Origin: an uncultured Acidimicrobiales bacterium | GTDB taxonomy: Bacteria > Actinomycetota > Acidimicrobiia > Acidimicrobiales > VFJN01 | Direction of reading: 5' to 3' | Assembly (NCBI GenBank): GCA_963735395.1 | Contig: CAVTKV010000014.1 | Span: 788-64,787 of the forward strand | Length of the DNA stretch: 64,000 bases | Part shown: piece after piece, positions 22,117-32,209 of the stretch | Layout: each line of letters begins with the position of its first letter | How positions within the stretch are numbered: position 1 is the stretch's first letter | Position numbers and translations under genes: made by a program | The notes under the pieces: generated by a model | Databases searched by the model: none | The model's input: only the letters and a program-made list of their open reading frames with translations | Told to the model about the DNA's origin: nothing

Positions 22117-22970
22117 GCGCCGCCACGGTCACCGAACCCGGCGTCGTCGCCGCGGCCGGCGGCGCGTCCCGGCCTCGGACCTCGCTCGGCGCCGAGGTGG
22201 TGCTGTCCGGCCTGGAGATCGACTTCGGCGACGTGCGCGCCATCGCCGGCCTCGACCTCGACGTCCCCGCCGAGCGGATCACGGTGCTGCTCGGGCCATC
22301 CGGGTGCGGGAAGTCGACGGTCCTGCGGGCGATCGCCGGGCTGCTCGCCACCGGCGGGGGCGAGATCCTGGTCGACGGCGCGCCGGTCACCGGAACGTCG
22401 CCCGACCGGGCGATGGTCTTCCAGGACGACGCCCTGCTCCCCTGGCGCTCGGCGCGGGCCAACGTCGAGCTGGCCCTGGCCCTGCGGGGCGTGACTCGGC
22501 GCGATCGCCGGCCGGCCGCGATCGAGATGCTCGGCCAGGTGGGCCTGGTGGGATTCGAGGGACACCTGCCCCGCCAGCTCTCGGGAGGGATGCGCCAGCG
22601 GGTGCAGCTCGCCCGCACGTTGGCGGTGCAGCCCCGGGTGCTGCTGATGGACGAGCCCTTCGGGGCGCTCGACGCCCAGACCCGGGGCGCCATGCAGCGC
22701 CTGCTGGTCGACGTGTGGGCCGAGCACCGCACCACCGTCGTGTTCGTCACCCACGACGTGGACGAGGCGCTCGTGCTCGCCGACCGGATCGTGGTCATGT
22801 CGCCCCGGCCCGCCACCGTCAGGCGCGTGGTCGACATCGACACCCCACGAGCACCGGGCGCCCGGTTCGCAGCCGCCACCACGCGCCTGCGCTACGAGCT
22901 GCTCGCCTGCCTGGGGGACGAGGAGTCCGACGTGGGTGGCTCGTCGGCGGGCATCGAGGAGGGGTCATGA
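22113..22970 (+). CDS. NitT/TauT ABC ATP-binding protein
   Basis: GPSGCGKST, LSGGMRQRV, LLMDEPFGALDAQTR, VTHDVDEA. ATGA overlaps at both ends. Confidence 0.9.
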   Translation: MSAATVTEPGVVAAAGGASRPRTSLGAEVVLSGLEIDFGDVRAIAGLDLDVPAERITVLLGPSGCGKSTVLRAIAGLLATGGGEILVDGAPVTGTSPDRAMVFQDDALLPWRSARANVELALALRGVTRRDRRPAAIEMLGQVGLVGFEGHLPRQLSGGMRQRVQLARTLAVQPRVLLMDEPFGALDAQTRGAMQRLLVDVWAEHRTTVVFVTHDVDEALVLADRIVVMSPRPATVRRVVDIDTPRAPGARFAAATTRLRYELLACLGDEESDVGGSSAGIEEGS

Positions 22971-23885
22971 CGGCTCCCTCGCTGCCCACACCCGCGACGA
23001 CGGCCGGGCGGGCCCGCATCGTGGAGCTGCTGTCGCTGGCCGACGAGCTGCCCGAGGTCGACGAGCTCGAGGAGTTCCTGACCGACGACGACCCGGCCGT
23101 CCGTCGCGCCGCCCTGGCGGTGCTGGGCGAGAACCTCCCGCCGGGCGTCGAGCTGGCGATGGCCGCGGCCCTCGGCGACGCCGACGAGGGCGTCCGCACC
23201 GCCGCCTACGACGGCCTCCGCGAGCTGCGCGAGGTGATCGAGCCGGGCCCGGCGTTCGCCGACGGGTTGTCCCGGCACCAGGCGTCCCCGCACGCGGCCA
23301 CCCGCGCCGCGGTCGTCAGGCTCCAGTGGGAGCACCGCCTCGGCGACCTCGACGGCTACCGCACCGCCCTCCACGACGCCGACCCGGTCGTGCGCCGCGA
23401 GGCGGTCGCCGGGCTCGTGTCGCTCGACGCCACCGGCGCCCTGGCCGCGTCGGCCGCCGACCTCGATGCCCTGGTGCGGCTGGCCGTGGCCCAGGGCCTG
23501 GCCTCGGTCGGCGACCCGGCGGGCTCGGCGACACTCGACCTGCTGGCCGGCGATCAAGACCTGCGGGTGCGGGCCGCCGCCATCGAGGGCTACGGCACGC
23601 TCGGCTGCGGCCCCGTATCGCTGGCCGCGGTGTTGGCGGCGATCGACGATCCTGCCTGGGAGATGCGCAAGGCCAGCGGCGATCGCCCTGCGCACCGCAG
23701 CCGAGGGCACCGCCGTCCCGGCGTTGCTGCGCCTGGTCCGCGACGCCCACATGGACGTCCGCCGGGCCGCGATCCAGGGGCTCGCCGCCTGGGCCACGCT
23801 CGGCGAGGTCCGCCATGCGCTCGAGCAGGCCACCGCCGACCCCGACGCCGACGTTCGCGGCTATGCCCGCCTCGCCCTCGGCTGA
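22967..23885 (+). CDS. HEAT/PBS-lyase repeat protein (frameshift near 23675)
   Basis: Repeated LxDxDxxVRxAA motifs (DDDPAVRRAAL, DADEGVRTAA, DADPVVRREAV, DQDLRVRAAA, DPDADVRGYARLAL). Confidence 0.85.
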
Positions 23886-23979
23886 GGACGCCGGCCCGCC
23901 GCTCGCCGCCCGCCCCCGCGCTCGCCCGACCACTCGGCCGCCCGCCGGGCCGGACGGTCGCGCCCGGGCGGCGAGCGGA

Positions 23980-25014
23980 GTGACGGGCACCGGCGCGGAC
24001 CGGCCGGCCCAGTGGGCCGCGGCTCTCCCCGGCGTCGCGCTCGCCGTCCTGCTGGCGGTCGTGCTGGCGGGGGTCGCCTGGGTCCTCGGCCGTCTGATCG
24101 GCGCGGGCCCGCTCGCCGCGGGCGTGGCCGTGGGGGCCGTCGCCGGCAACGTGGGCGCCGTGCCCGACCGGGCCCGGCCCGGCCTCCAGGCGGTGGCACG
24201 CTGGTGCCTACGCGCGGGGGTCGTGGTGCTCGGCCTGCGGCTGTCGGCCGGAGACCTGCAGCAGCTCGGTGCGGTCGCGATCGGCGCAGTGACGGCGGGG
24301 GCCTGCGCCACGTTCGCCGGCGTGCGGTGGCTGGCCCGCCGGCTGGGGGTGTCCGACGACGTCGGCCTGCTCGTCGCCTCGGGCTACAGCGTGTGCGGCG
24401 CCTCGGCGATCGCCGCGGTCAACGGCGTCCACGGCGCCGACGACGACGACGTCGCCGTGGCCGTCGGCCTGGTGACGCTGTTCGGCACCGTGTCGATCGT
24501 GGCGCTCCCCGCCGCCGCGGGCGTCCTCGGGCTCGACGCGGCGCAGACGGGTGCATCGGCGGGCGCAGCCGTCCACGACGTGGGCCAGGTGGTGGCGACC
24601 AGCTCCGCCGCAGGCGCCACGGGCCTCGCCGTGGCCATCGTCGTGAAGTTGTGCCGGGTCGTGCTGCTCGCCCCGCTCGTCGCCGGCGTCGCCGCCGTCC
24701 GGGCCCGGCGGGCTCGGCGGGCTGGCACGCCGGGGACGACGGTGCGGGCGCGCACGGCGGTCCCGGCGTTCGTCGTCGGCTTCCTCGCCGCCGCGGCGCT
24801 ACGGACCACCGGTGTCGTCCCGCCAGCTGCACTGACCATGGCCCGATCGGTCGAGGCCGCGTTGCTGTGCCTCGGCATGGTCGCCCTCGGCACCGGGGTC
24901 CGCGTCGGCCATCTGCGGCGCCTCGGCCTGCGGCCCGTCGCGCTCGGCCTCGCCGCGTGGGGTCTGGTCGCCGCCATCGGTCTTGCGGTGGCGCACGTCG
25001 TCGCCACGGGCTGA
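23980..25014 (+). CDS. YeiH / putative sulfate exporter family membrane protein
   Basis: LRAGVVVLGLRLS, SGYSVCGASAIAA, GAAVHDVGQVVA, VVKLCRVVLLAP. Confidence 0.85.
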   Translation: MTGTGADRPAQWAAALPGVALAVLLAVVLAGVAWVLGRLIGAGPLAAGVAVGAVAGNVGAVPDRARPGLQAVARWCLRAGVVVLGLRLSAGDLQQLGAVAIGAVTAGACATFAGVRWLARRLGVSDDVGLLVASGYSVCGASAIAAVNGVHGADDDDVAVAVGLVTLFGTVSIVALPAAAGVLGLDAAQTGASAGAAVHDVGQVVATSSAAGATGLAVAIVVKLCRVVLLAPLVAGVAAVRARRARRAGTPGTTVRARTAVPAFVVGFLAAAALRTTGVVPPAALTMARSVEAALLCLGMVALGTGVRVGHLRRLGLRPVALGLAAWGLVAAIGLAVAHVVATG

Positions 25015-25236
25015 CCGCGGCGCCTCCGTCGCCGGGGCGGCCGGTTCGCTGCCGGGCATGATCGTGACCTCGGCTGCGCCGCCGGGGACCGGGGCACCGC
25101 CCAGGCGCCCTGCGGCGGAGCGGGCGGGACCGATCACGAGCGGTCCTCGGGACGCGGGTCGGGCCACGGCGGCCCGACCGGGCGGGCCGGCGGAGGGTCG
25201 ACGCCGAGGGGGCGCCGCGCTCGCCGCTCGTCGGGC

Positions 25237-26490
25237 GTGCGGCCGGGGCGGACCAGCACGAGGTCGCTGTCGACCACCTCCCATCCTCTCTGGCACGGCG
25301 GGCGCAGCCGGTCGGGCAACTCCACGAGGCGGTACGCGATCACGCCCGCCGCGCTGACGATCGGCTGGCTGTGCCGCACGGCCGTGGGCTACCTCGAACG
25401 CATCGGACCCGAGGCCCGTGAGGCGGTGATGGACGTCGTGGTCACCCGCATCGGCGACGACGACGACATCGAACAGGCCTTGGACGATCCGCTGGTCATG
25501 GACGTGGTGCTGACCGAAGGCGGCTGGTTCGAGCGGTTCCTCGCCGATCGCGGCCACCTGCTGCCCGATGACGAAGCCCTGCTCGCCGCCTCGTGGTTGA
25601 CCGTCGACCGGTCGGTGCACGAGGTCACCGCGGTCCGCCCCGGAGCGGGACTGACGCTGCGCGACTTGCGCAGCGGCGACGAGGTAGAGGTGCGGGAGCG
25701 GACCTTCTCGCGCACCACCCGGCGCGGTGCGGTGATCTGCGGCCGCGCCGTGCCCGACGGCGAGACCCACCAGCTCATCGGCGCCATCATCCCGGTCGCC
25801 CCCGGCACCGAGGCCGCCCTCCTCGACCTGATCGACGAACGCGACCCGTACGCGATCGCCGCCTGGCAGCGCGATCTCGAGCAGCCGCCGCAACTGCGCA
25901 CCCGCGAGGACGAGGCTCTCGTCGAGTGCGAGATCGTCGTGACCGCAGCCGACACCGACGGCCTCGTCCGCCACCTGGACAGGACCTACGACACGGACGT
26001 CCCCGGCGAGTGGTGGACCGAACACCACGACCTCGACGACCTCGAAGCGGTCGTCCGGGCCCGCTTCCACCTCGAGGGCGAACGGCTGACCATCACGACC
26101 AACAGCGACGAGCGCGCCGACCGCATCGTCGGCCGCTTCCCCACCGACCTCGACATCACCGTGCTGTCCGACGACCGCACGCCCGTCGACGCCGAGTCCG
26201 TGGCCCGGACAGCGCACAAGGGGCTCCCCGACCTCCGCCAGCTCTCCTCAGCGCCGGGTGCGCCCGCCATCGACGACGACGTCATCGCCGAGATCCAGGA
26301 GCAGATGGAGGAGCGCTGGTGCGCCGAACCCGTCCCCGCGCTGGGCGGCGCCACGCCGCGTGAGGCGGCCGTCGACCCCACCCGCCGTGAGCAGCTCGAA
26401 CGTCTGCTTGCCTCGTTCGACCTGACGGAAGCCCCGCCCGGCGCCTTCACCATGCGCACCGATCAGCTCCGGGCCCGCCTCGGCCTGTAG
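25237..26490 (+). CDS. Hypothetical protein resembling the C-terminal part of SEC-C-motif proteins, ending in a MbcA/ParS/Xre-like motif; probably 5'-truncated
   Basis: RSVHEVTAVRPGAGLTLRDLRSGDEVEVRERTFSR, EERWCAEPVPALGGATPREAA. No SEC-C motif and no convincing start. Confidence 0.55.
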   Translation: MRPGRTSTRSLSTTSHPLWHGGRSRSGNSTRRYAITPAALTIGWLCRTAVGYLERIGPEAREAVMDVVVTRIGDDDDIEQALDDPLVMDVVLTEGGWFERFLADRGHLLPDDEALLAASWLTVDRSVHEVTAVRPGAGLTLRDLRSGDEVEVRERTFSRTTRRGAVICGRAVPDGETHQLIGAIIPVAPGTEAALLDLIDERDPYAIAAWQRDLEQPPQLRTREDEALVECEIVVTAADTDGLVRHLDRTYDTDVPGEWWTEHHDLDDLEAVVRARFHLEGERLTITTNSDERADRIVGRFPTDLDITVLSDDRTPVDAESVARTAHKGLPDLRQLSSAPGAPAIDDDVIAEIQEQMEERWCAEPVPALGGATPREAAVDPTRREQLERLLASFDLTEAPPGAFTMRTDQLRARLGL

Positions 26491-26618
26491 GGCACGGATG
26501 ACCAGCGGGCGGCGCCGCCGACCCCCGACTCGCCGCAACCGCTGGGCCCCGTGCCCCCCGCCAACCGGCTGCACCGTGGCGGGACGACCTGTCGCGAGTC
26601 GCTCACGACATCCACAGA

Positions 26619-26645
26619 TGTCACACATCGCGCCACCAACTCGTC
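26619..26645 (+). promoter_or_regulatory. ECF41-type promoter TGTCACA-N16-CGTC
   Basis: TGTCACA at 26619-26625, a 16-nt spacer and CGTC at 26642-26645, upstream of the PPOX-sigma operon. Matches the ECF41 consensus. Confidence 0.8.
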
Positions 26646-26689
26646 AGCCGGGTGAGAGCCACCACTCACGAGAGACGATGGAGACGGTG

Positions 26690-27109
26690 ATGACAACGAC
26701 GAGTGACGAGATGGCGACATCGGGGCCGAGGGCCGCGGCCGCATTCGACCGGTTCGCCGAGGAGCGGAACGTGCTGCTGACCACCTTCCGGCGCGACGGG
26801 ACGCCGGTCGGGACGCCCGTTCACATCGCGGTCGTCGGTTCGATCGCGTACATCCGCACTTTCGACCCGTCGGGCAAGCTCAAGCGGATACGACGCAACC
26901 ACGATGTCGAGATCGCAGCCTGCACGATCCGGGGCCGGGTGACGGGCCCGGCGATGCGTGCCACGGCGCGAATCCTCGACGGCGAGGAGTCGGCGGGCGC
27001 CGGCCGTGCGCTGGCCGACAAGTATCCCCTCCTCCAGCGCAGGTTCATCCCCTGGTATCACCGTCGCACGGGGCGCGTCACGCACCACATCGAGCTCCGA
27101 GCCGCCTGA
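26690..27109 (+). CDS. PPOX-class F420-dependent oxidoreductase
   Basis: VLLTTFRRDGTPVGTPVHIA, SGKLKRIRRNHDVEIAACTIRG. Confidence 0.85.
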   Translation: MTTTSDEMATSGPRAAAAFDRFAEERNVLLTTFRRDGTPVGTPVHIAVVGSIAYIRTFDPSGKLKRIRRNHDVEIAACTIRGRVTGPAMRATARILDGEESAGAGRALADKYPLLQRRFIPWYHRRTGRVTHHIELRAA

Positions 27110-27127
27110 CCGACTCGAACGAGCACC

Positions 27128-28012
27128 GTGGATCGCGTCGACGACTTCGCCGAACACCGTGACTACCTGGTGCGCATCGCCTACCGGATGCTGGGATCGG
27201 TCGACGAGGCCGAGGACGTCGTCCAGGAGGCGATGGTGCGTGCCGGCCGCGCCGCGCATCCCGGCATCGAGGAGCCGCTGGCGTGGCTCACCAAGATCGT
27301 CACCAACATCGCCCTCGACCACCTCAAGTCGGCGCCGGTCCGGCGCGAGTCGTACGTCGGCCCCTGGTTGCCCGAGCCCACCGTGGGGCCGCCGTGGGGA
27401 GCGAGCGCGCCGGTCGATCCCGCCGATCGTGTGACGCTCGACGAGCAGATCAGCCTGGCACTGTTGACGATCCTCGAGACGCTGTCGCCCGCCGAGCGTG
27501 CCGTCTACGTCCTCCACGAAGCATTCGGCGTGCCGCTGTCGGAGGTCGCCGAGATCCTCGGTCGGAGCCCACAGGCATGTCGCCAACTCGCCGTCCGGGC
27601 CCGGCGCCATGTGCAGGAGCACCGGCCCCGGTTCGACACCGACCGCTCGGAGCAGGCGCGCCTCGTCTCGGCCTTCCAGATCGCCTGCGAGACCGGCGAC
27701 CTCGACGCCCTGGCCCGGCTGCTGGACAGCGAGGTCGTCTTCCGCACCGACGGCGGCGGCGTCGTGACCGCGGCTCCGCGACCTGTCGAGGGCCGGCAGC
27801 GGGTACTGCGGACCCTCCAAGCGGCGCTCCGCACCACCCGGCGGCTGGCGATCGAGCGCCGGGACGTCAACGGCGAGCCCGGCCTCGTGGCGCGCTTCGA
27901 CGGGGGCGCCGCGGTGTTCGCGTTCGTCGTCCGCGACGGACGGATAGCGGCGATCGACGTCGTCGCCAACCCGGACAAGCTTCGACGTCTCCCTCCGGCC
28001 ACGCCCGTGTGA
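27128..28012 (+). CDS. ECF41 / SigJ-like sigma factor with SnoaL C-terminus
   Basis: AYRMLGSVDEAEDVVQEA, YVGPWLPEP, DGGG motif, NPDKL. Confidence 0.9.
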   Translation: MDRVDDFAEHRDYLVRIAYRMLGSVDEAEDVVQEAMVRAGRAAHPGIEEPLAWLTKIVTNIALDHLKSAPVRRESYVGPWLPEPTVGPPWGASAPVDPADRVTLDEQISLALLTILETLSPAERAVYVLHEAFGVPLSEVAEILGRSPQACRQLAVRARRHVQEHRPRFDTDRSEQARLVSAFQIACETGDLDALARLLDSEVVFRTDGGGVVTAAPRPVEGRQRVLRTLQAALRTTRRLAIERRDVNGEPGLVARFDGGAAVFAFVVRDGRIAAIDVVANPDKLRRLPPATPV

Positions 28013-28198
28013 CGGAGACAGCGCCGATTGCCAGTTCGCTTCCGCGCCGTGGCGGCTGCACCTGTCCATGCCCGCCCAGCTGTTCGAGGACGCCCCGTGT
28101 CCCCGGCGCGGAGCGACGGACCGTGCGAACACCGCCGAGCGGGCCCTCACGCGCTTGCCTGGGCCGGCACGGCCCACGCCGCGGTCACGCGGCTCGTG

Positions 28199-29410
28199 TC
28201 AGGCGAACTGATCCGAGAGGGCGGGGCCGAGGGCGAGGTCGGCCTGGTCGCCGAACAGCGTGCCGGCGTACCAACCCTCGCCGTCGGTCGCGCTCGGCGA
28301 GAACGAGTCCACCTCGGGGAAGACGGCTTCGGCGGCTGAACGCGTCGCCTCGTCCCGGTCGGCGAGGAGGGGGACAAGAGCTGTACCCGTCTCTTCGCTC
28401 ACCGCCTCCACGGTCGCGTCGACCGTGGCGCGCAGCCGCTGGCCGATGCGGTGCGCGAAGGCCACCAGGAACGACCGGCGAAACCGTGTCGTGCGGCTGC
28501 GGCCGGAGCGATCGTTCTTGCGCCCTTCCCTGCGCAGCGCCGCGGACGACTGGACGAGCAGCGACGTGAACAGTTCCTCGACCGCCGCGAGATCGTCGGC
28601 GAACCCGAACACGGTCGAGAAGCCCATGTGCTTCGACCACACAGCTCGACAGCCGTTGGCGTCAGCCACCGCGGCCAGCAGCGCCGCCTTCGCGTCGGCA
28701 TAGGGATCGTCGACCCCGATCCGGCGCCCGACGGGCACCTCGCCGCGAGCGTGCCCGGCCGCGTCGAGCACCACCCGGTCGATCCGGTGGCGCGCCATCA
28801 GCTCCTGTGCCTTGGCGGTGAAGGAATCTGCCTCGGCCTCGAACGTCGTCGACTCCGCCTTGGCGAGCAACGCTCGGACCTTGTCGAGCACACCGTCGGG
28901 AAGCGACCCGCGCGGCGCGGCGGGCCCGTCACGCCAGTCGGACGGCGGGTCGGTGAGACGCTCGAGGGCGGGAAGCCGGAACAGCAGGCTCATGACCCGC
29001 ACGGCGCCGAGCAGGACGTCGCTCAACCCAAGGCCCAGCCCGAGCAGGTAGGGCCGGCGCGGCGCCCACGTGCGGACCGCATCGATGCCCTCGAGCTGGG
29101 CCATCCAGCTTGGAGCCACCCGAGCGCCGAGCTTCTCGTAGGAGGCCGACTCGGACGCGATCACCCGGCGGATGAGCGCGACCTCGACCTTACCGAGCTC
29201 ACGACCGATGGCACGGTCGAGGTCGGCTGGCTGCCAGCCGTGCCGCCAGACAGCCGCGACCTGGTGCTCCAGCAGGTCGGCGATCTCCGTCGTCACCTCG
29301 TGCGACGGCTCCCGGGCCAGCCGTTCGACCGCCTGCAGAACCGCGGCGTCGTCGCCTGATCGCTCGGCGTACGCCGCCGCGATGAACAGATCACCTGGAC
29401 CGACAGACAC
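28199..29410 (-). CDS. DUF2786-domain protein
   Basis: LDKVRALLAKAESTTFEAEADSFTAKAQELMARHRID, LFTSLLVQ, FRRSFLVAFAHRIGQRL. Confidence 0.85.
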   Translation of the reverse strand: MSVGPGDLFIAAAYAERSGDDAAVLQAVERLAREPSHEVTTEIADLLEHQVAAVWRHGWQPADLDRAIGRELGKVEVALIRRVIASESASYEKLGARVAPSWMAQLEGIDAVRTWAPRRPYLLGLGLGLSDVLLGAVRVMSLLFRLPALERLTDPPSDWRDGPAAPRGSLPDGVLDKVRALLAKAESTTFEAEADSFTAKAQELMARHRIDRVVLDAAGHARGEVPVGRRIGVDDPYADAKAALLAAVADANGCRAVWSKHMGFSTVFGFADDLAAVEELFTSLLVQSSAALRREGRKNDRSGRSRTTRFRRSFLVAFAHRIGQRLRATVDATVEAVSEETGTALVPLLADRDEATRSAAEAVFPEVDSFSPSATDGEGWYAGTLFGDQADLALGPALSDQFA

Positions 29411-29560
29411 CGTCGGTCCGCGACAGCCTCCACAAGATCGACACCCTCATCGACGCGCTCGGACAGTACCGTGACGCCCTCGTGGTCGAGTCCGACCGCG
29501 CTGCGGCTCACGCCCGGTCCCGGCGCCGCCGCAGGTGACAGGCCGACGCATCCGGCGGCG

Positions 29561-32125
29561 TCAGCGGGGGCCGGGCGGCGGCGGCAGCGGAACACCTCCG
29601 GGCGGATAGCCCGACATCGGATACCGGACCGGCATCAGCCGCGTGGCCACGGGGCGAGCGAAGACCACCCGGGCCAGGCGCCACAGCGACCGCACGATCA
29701 GCACCACACCCACCAGGCCGAGTGGCAGGAGCAGGCCCGTCGCAGCCCACGGCTCGTCGGCGCCGAAGGGTGCGGGGACGTCGGGAGTGACCGCACCCTC
29801 GGCCCCCGCGCCCAGCACCAGGCCGGCGAGCGCGGCGGCCGAGCCCAGGGTCAGGCCGAGCAGCAGGTCGAGCGTCGCCGCGGCGCCGGCATAGGCGCGG
29901 ACCATGCTCCGGCTGGCGCCGCGCTGGGTGACCGTTCGGGTGGCGACATGGATGGCCGGCAGGGCGACGACGAGCAGCACCGCCAGACCCGTGGCCCCGG
30001 ACGCGTCGTCGTAGGCACGCACCTTGTCGGCCGTGGCAGGCGTGCCGGGGGCGACCCGCTCGTAGTGGGCGACCAGCGCGTCGCCGAACGTGCCGTCCGT
30101 CCACAGGTACGCCACGAGACCGGCCAGCATCACGGCCAGGATCCAGCCGCGGCGCACCCCGCTCTGCGCCCGGGGCAGAGGCGCGTATCGCACCTGGCCC
30201 GCCGCCGCGACCGCCCGGCGTTGCTCGCGGTCGGCCCGGTCGGCGTCCCGCCGGTGCCGGTCGGCGTCCCGCCGCTGCCGGGCGGCGTTGTGCTCCGCCT
30301 GGCGTTCTCCCTGCGCGAGCGCCCGGGCGCGGTCGGCCGTCATCATCGCAGCGACGGCGGCGGCCGTGTTGCGCTGGCCTTCGGCGGCGAGCTGGGCCCA
30401 CCACGCCTGCCGGCGAGCCGCGGTCCGCCGGGCCGCGGCCAGCTTGCGTTCGAGCTGGCGCTCGTGGTCGGGGTGCACGGCGCAGAGCAGCAGCGTGGCC
30501 ATGGCCTTGTGCCGCTCGGCGGGCGAGGGCCAGCCCGCCTGGGTGCTCACGCCGGCGACATACCGTCCGAACGCCTGGAGGCCCGCATGCCAGCGCTCGT
30601 CGATGGAGGCCGCGCGCTCCATCCCCGGCAGGGCCCGCCACAGGCGGAGGACCCGTGCCGCGCTGATGTCGGCCAGCCGCGCCGCGGTGGCGTCATCACG
30701 GCCGGCGGCCACCGGCTGGGCGGCAGCCGCGAGCCCCTCCGGGGTCAGCCAGACGGTTCCGACCCGGGGGTCGACGTTGGAGTCGAGCGCCAGCAACAGG
30801 CGCGCCATGCCGGCCGTCGCCGGGGCGTCGCCGGTGCCCGCGGCGACGATCCCGTCGGCCTCGGACAGCCCGAGCGCCTGGAGGAACGCACGCAGCTCAC
30901 CGAGCCAGATCGGGTCGCGGCGTCGGAACACCTGGTCGACCGCATCGTCCCAGGACGACTGGAACGCCATGGCGAGCGACCGGGCATCCCGGTGCTCGCC
31001 GCCCGCGAACCAGAACGTCGCGCCGCGCCTGGCCGGATCGTCGTCCGACGGCGGGGGCACCGTGCCGCCGGTCGATCCCGGCGCGGGACCAACCATCGCC
31101 GAACCCGCAGCCACGCCCACCGCAGCCTCGTTCCCTCCCGCATCCGCAGAACGTGCGTCCCGCACCCGGCGCACCCGGCCGTCCGGGCGGGCGGGCAGGG
31201 CGTCGACACCCCAGCCGAGCGCCACGATCGTGGGGACCACCGCGGTCCGGTCGGCCACCGTCTGGCCCAGCGCGGTGTCGCCGGCCACGGTGCCGTCGAG
31301 CGGCTCGCCCGTGAGGGTCGCCAGCACCTGGCCGACGTCCGGGCGCAGCCCCGGCTCCTTGGTCAACGCCGCCGGCACCAGGATGTCGAGCGGCGGCGGC
31401 AGGTCCGGCACGTCGGGCTGCTCGTGGACGACCCGGTAGAAGAGGGCGTCGGCGGGGCCCCGCCCGAACGACGACCGGCCCGAGGCGGCGTAGGCCACGA
31501 CCAGCCCCCACGAGAACACGTCGGCCGGCGGCCCGCAGCGCTGCCCCCGCACCTGCTCCGGCGCCATCCAGCCGGGCGTACCGATCGCCATGCCGGTCCG
31601 GGTCAACGCCGGCGCCTCCCGCAGGGCGGCGACGCCGAAGTCGATGACCACCGGGGTCTCGGGGGTGAGCAGGATGTTCGCCGGCTTGAGATCCCGGTGC
31701 ACGACACCGACCTCGTGGATCGCCGCCAGCGCGTCGGCCAATGCGACCGCCAGCGCCACGAGCCGCTCCCCCGCCATGGGGCCGCCGTCCGCCACCGCCG
31801 CCTTGAGCGTCGGCCCGTCGACGAAGGCGGTCGCCAGCCACGGCCGCTCGGCGTCCGGGTCGGCGGCCACCACCCGCGCCACCCGGGGGCTGTCGACCCG
31901 CTCGGCGGCCTCGACCTCCCGCCGGAACCGCTCGCGGAACGACACGTCGACCGCATCGGCCCGGACGAGCTTGACCGCGGCGGTGCCGAGCTCGGGATGC
32001 GACGCCAGGTACACGACCCCCATGCCGCCCTCGCCGAGACGGCCGACCACCTCGAACCCCGCGATCTGGCGCGGATCCTCGGGTCGGAGCCGGCCGACCG
32101 CACGCCATCGGGTCGTGGAAGCCAC
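29561..32125 (-). CDS. Hanks-type Ser/Thr protein kinase with helical central domain and C-terminal TM segments
   Basis: LGEGGMGVVY, AAVK, HRDLKPANILL, IDFG, GTPGWMAPEQ, DVFSWG; hydrophobic C-terminus. Confidence 0.9.
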   Translation of the reverse strand: MASTTRWRAVGRLRPEDPRQIAGFEVVGRLGEGGMGVVYLASHPELGTAAVKLVRADAVDVSFRERFRREVEAAERVDSPRVARVVAADPDAERPWLATAFVDGPTLKAAVADGGPMAGERLVALAVALADALAAIHEVGVVHRDLKPANILLTPETPVVIDFGVAALREAPALTRTGMAIGTPGWMAPEQVRGQRCGPPADVFSWGLVVAYAASGRSSFGRGPADALFYRVVHEQPDVPDLPPPLDILVPAALTKEPGLRPDVGQVLATLTGEPLDGTVAGDTALGQTVADRTAVVPTIVALGWGVDALPARPDGRVRRVRDARSADAGGNEAAVGVAAGSAMVGPAPGSTGGTVPPPSDDDPARRGATFWFAGGEHRDARSLAMAFQSSWDDAVDQVFRRRDPIWLGELRAFLQALGLSEADGIVAAGTGDAPATAGMARLLLALDSNVDPRVGTVWLTPEGLAAAAQPVAAGRDDATAARLADISAARVLRLWRALPGMERAASIDERWHAGLQAFGRYVAGVSTQAGWPSPAERHKAMATLLLCAVHPDHERQLERKLAAARRTAARRQAWWAQLAAEGQRNTAAAVAAMMTADRARALAQGERQAEHNAARQRRDADRHRRDADRADREQRRAVAAAGQVRYAPLPRAQSGVRRGWILAVMLAGLVAYLWTDGTFGDALVAHYERVAPGTPATADKVRAYDDASGATGLAVLLVVALPAIHVATRTVTQRGASRSMVRAYAGAAATLDLLLGLTLGSAAALAGLVLGAGAEGAVTPDVPAPFGADEPWAATGLLLPLGLVGVVLIVRSLWRLARVVFARPVATRLMPVRYPMSGYPPGGVPLPPPPGPR

Positions 32126-32209
32126 CGGCCGCGAGGGTACTGGCGCCTCCGGTGACCCCCGCCGTCACCCGGCGGCGACGACGTCGGTCGCCGCCGCCGA
32201 TCCGACGGC

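Noticed and set aside
975-25014. Mass pseudogenisation or programmed frameshifting of the Wadjet and flavoprotein/ABC operons
   Set aside because: The indels are scattered, often in GC runs and sometimes compensating. Catalytic motifs are intact and indel density falls along the contig, which is typical of long-read error.
29471-32155. Long shadow ORFs (e.g. 894 aa + at 29471, 717 aa + at 45079, most of the 895 aa - ORF at 55167)
   Set aside because: They are antisense or off-frame to genes with clear family motifs and give Arg/Pro/Gly-rich translations, as expected in high-GC DNA.
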